The notes below the pieces were generated by a model. It had not been told where the DNA came from and made no database searches. It was given only the letters and a program-made list of their open reading frames with translations. A stretch of 10,918 nucleotides of DNA. Origin: Octopus sinensis. Taxonomy: Eukaryota. Location: positions 1 to 10,918 of the forward strand of contig NW_021827240.1 in the NCBI RefSeq assembly GCF_006345805.1, in the 5' to 3' direction. A program made the translations under genes and the position numbers. Below are positions 8,693-10,918 of this stretch, piece by piece (the stretch's first letter is position 1; every line of letters starts with the position of its first letter).

Positions 8693-9104
8693 TTACATAA
8701 ATAATAATCGAAGTGTACAGTATTATATATCCATTACGACTGATCTTACCAATTGGTTTCACACTAGGTGTTCAACAGAATGTTAGATAATAGTCCGGTT
8801 ATGTAACCCTGCGATCTTCAGAGGTAGCTGTTAAGAAATGAAATATGGTGATATATCACATTTATGTTAACAATGTTCAGTGATACATACACATATAACT
8901 ATATCCTTTATATATATATATGTATGTATCTCTCTCTTCGTCTCTCTCTCTATATATATAGGCATATATGTATATGTTTACGTGCATCAATGTAAAAAAA
9001 TAAATAAAAGGATAGAACAAGTGAAATATTCACAACACTCTAAAGAAATCTACATGAATTCTTTTACAATAACACCTTCGGAAGATGGCTGTCATTTTTG
9101 CTCA

Positions 9105-9119
9105 CCCACCACCATTACC

Positions 9120-9152
<33 letters not shown>

Positions 9153-9178
9153 ACGGCCACCACCACCACAACCGCCAT
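9105..9178. repeat. (ACC)/(ACG)/(GAC)n trinucleotide repeat
   Basis: ccaccaccattaccacgacgatgacgacgacgatgacgacggcgacgacggccaccaccaccacaacc. Confidence 0.9.
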
Positions 9179-9264
9179 TAAAACTCAAATCTAAAGAACA
9201 TAGAGTACGATTCGATATATAACAAATACATGAAGAGAAAAATATATGGAACAGTGATTTTTGC

Positions 9265-9670
9265 TGTGTATATATGCGATGCGAGTGTATATGTACATGT
9301 GCGTACGTCTGTGTCTTATATAATGTATATATATATATAATATATATATATAAATATATTATATATATGTATATATATGCATATATATGTTTATATATGT
9401 ATACATACACAGAGACACATACGCACACACACATATATATATTTACTGAGGTGGCAATCTAGCGCTGGTTATAAGTAAATATATTAAGTTATAACTTATG
9501 GAAATAAGTATTATATATATGCGTATAACGCGCCTATATACGCACATAATAAGCACACACTCACGCACATATCACACCTACAGCGACTCATATATATGAA
9601 TATATATGTATGTGTAAATGTATATTACATATATATATTGTATGAATATGTATATTATATATATAATATA

Positions 9671-9716
<46 letters not shown>

Positions 9717-9906
9717 GTATATATGTCGTTTAGGTTGCATATGTAAATATTAATATGCATGTATGTATATATATATATACATTTACTTAATAAAACATTC
9801 ATACATACGCACACATAGAAAGCGAAAACGAGTTATATATATATATATACTTGCATGTGTGTGTACTTGTTTGTTGTGTGTGCGTATGAGTGTGTGTATG
9901 TATGTT

Positions 9907-9964
<58 letters not shown>

Positions 9965-10020
9965 ATATATATTTATATATATACGTATGTATGTATGTAT
10001 TTATCTATGTATGTGTGTAT
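9265..10020. repeat. (TA)n/(TATG)/(CA) low-complexity block
   Basis: Several visible TA runs (~9325-9390, ~9590-9725, ~9910-9980) with short unique spacers. Confidence 0.9.
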
Positions 10021-10579
10021 TGAATTCTAAATCTTCTTGCGTATTCTTGTAAAAGAGGCGTAAAAGAAAACAAAAATAAATATAAATACATAAATAGAAA
10101 ACACACACACAAAAAATACGAAGAACCAATAAATACATCGAAAAGATACTAGTTACTTACTAAACGGAAAAGTTTTTGACAATTACTTTGGAAACGAAAT
10201 GGAGTAAATAATATTTTGACTAGATATACAGGAGAGATAAAATTTTACATTTATATATTTCTTATATTTTGATCGTGGTTATAATAAATGTAGGATAAAA
10301 CGAAAAAAAAGAGAAAAGATTACATAGAAATTTTATGAAATATTAACCAAAACAACATACATATGTATGTATAAATATATGGATGTGTATGTATATATGT
10401 AGGTTTGTATCTATGTATTAATATTAAAAATTAAGTAAAATATATAAATAATTCTTCATAAATTCAATTCGACAAACTATATAGAGGAAAATATTATTTC
10501 TGTATGACTTGGTTATCATTTTAGCGAAGTGAAATGAAGGGTGGCAAGAAACGGAGGAATAGTATACGAGGGAGGTAGG

Positions 10580-10680
10580 ATAGAGAGAAATGTAGAGAAG
10601 CTAGGAAATTGATAGATAGACCTAGAGATAAATAGATAGAGAAGGGTGAGAGGAGACAGAGACACACACACACAGGCAAG
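10580..10680. repeat. Purine-rich (GA)/(GATA)/(CA) degenerate repeat
   Basis: gatagagagaaatgtagagaagctaggaaattgatagatagacctagagataaatagatagagaagggtgagaggagacagagacacacacacac. Confidence 0.75.
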
Positions 10681-10918
10681 TAGGCAGTCAAAGTATCAAG
10701 CCGAGAGGGGATAAAGGTACACAGACGTATAGACACACAGCCAGAAAGACACAACCACGCCGACATATAAATATGTGTGTACGTATGTTATGTGATCATA
10801 CACGAAATATTAAATATAAGTGTTTTGGGGATTTTTATTTCAATACTTTAAGTGTTGCAGACGTGAAAAACCTTTCATAAACGTAGAATGCAAACGTGTT
10901 TTTTCAAAGATGACTATT

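Noticed and set aside
9044-9181. His/Asp-rich reading (HHHYHDDDDDDDDGDDGHHHH) suggesting a metal-binding peptide
   Set aside because: It comes from a trinucleotide microsatellite, has no ATG or good splice sites, and other frames give poly-T or poly-R equally well.

Overview
AT-rich eukaryotic non-coding DNA (intronic or intergenic). About half of it is compound microsatellite: (TA)n, (CATA/TATG)n, (TATC)n, (CT)n, (TTCC)n and trinucleotide runs. The SINE sequences and repeat style resemble Octopus/coleoid cephalopod DNA; this is from recall, not a database search. Almost all ORFs in the supplied track are microsatellite translations (YIYI, HTYI, MYVC, YLSI), not genes. Supported content: (1) a tRNA-derived SINE at ~521-747 (+); (2) a CORE-like tRNA SINE at ~4403-4734 (-), apparently inserted with a 13-bp target-site duplication into an older related SINE; (3) three decayed, 5'-truncated, same-orientation 3' ends of one RLE-type (R2-group, probably R4/Dong-like) non-LTR retrotransposon at ~4955-5067, ~5520-5958 and ~5960-6481; (4) a probable mariner-type MITE remnant at ~146-396; (5) an imperfect inverted repeat at 962-1102. 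There are several splice-site-bounded exon candidates on both strands, none confirmable from sequence alone. I see no intact gene, rRNA/tRNA gene or CRISPR array, and no well-supported novel biological system. The best leads are the tandem LINE 3'-end array with its microsatellite and conserved 3' stem-loop, the hairpin, and the exon candidates.
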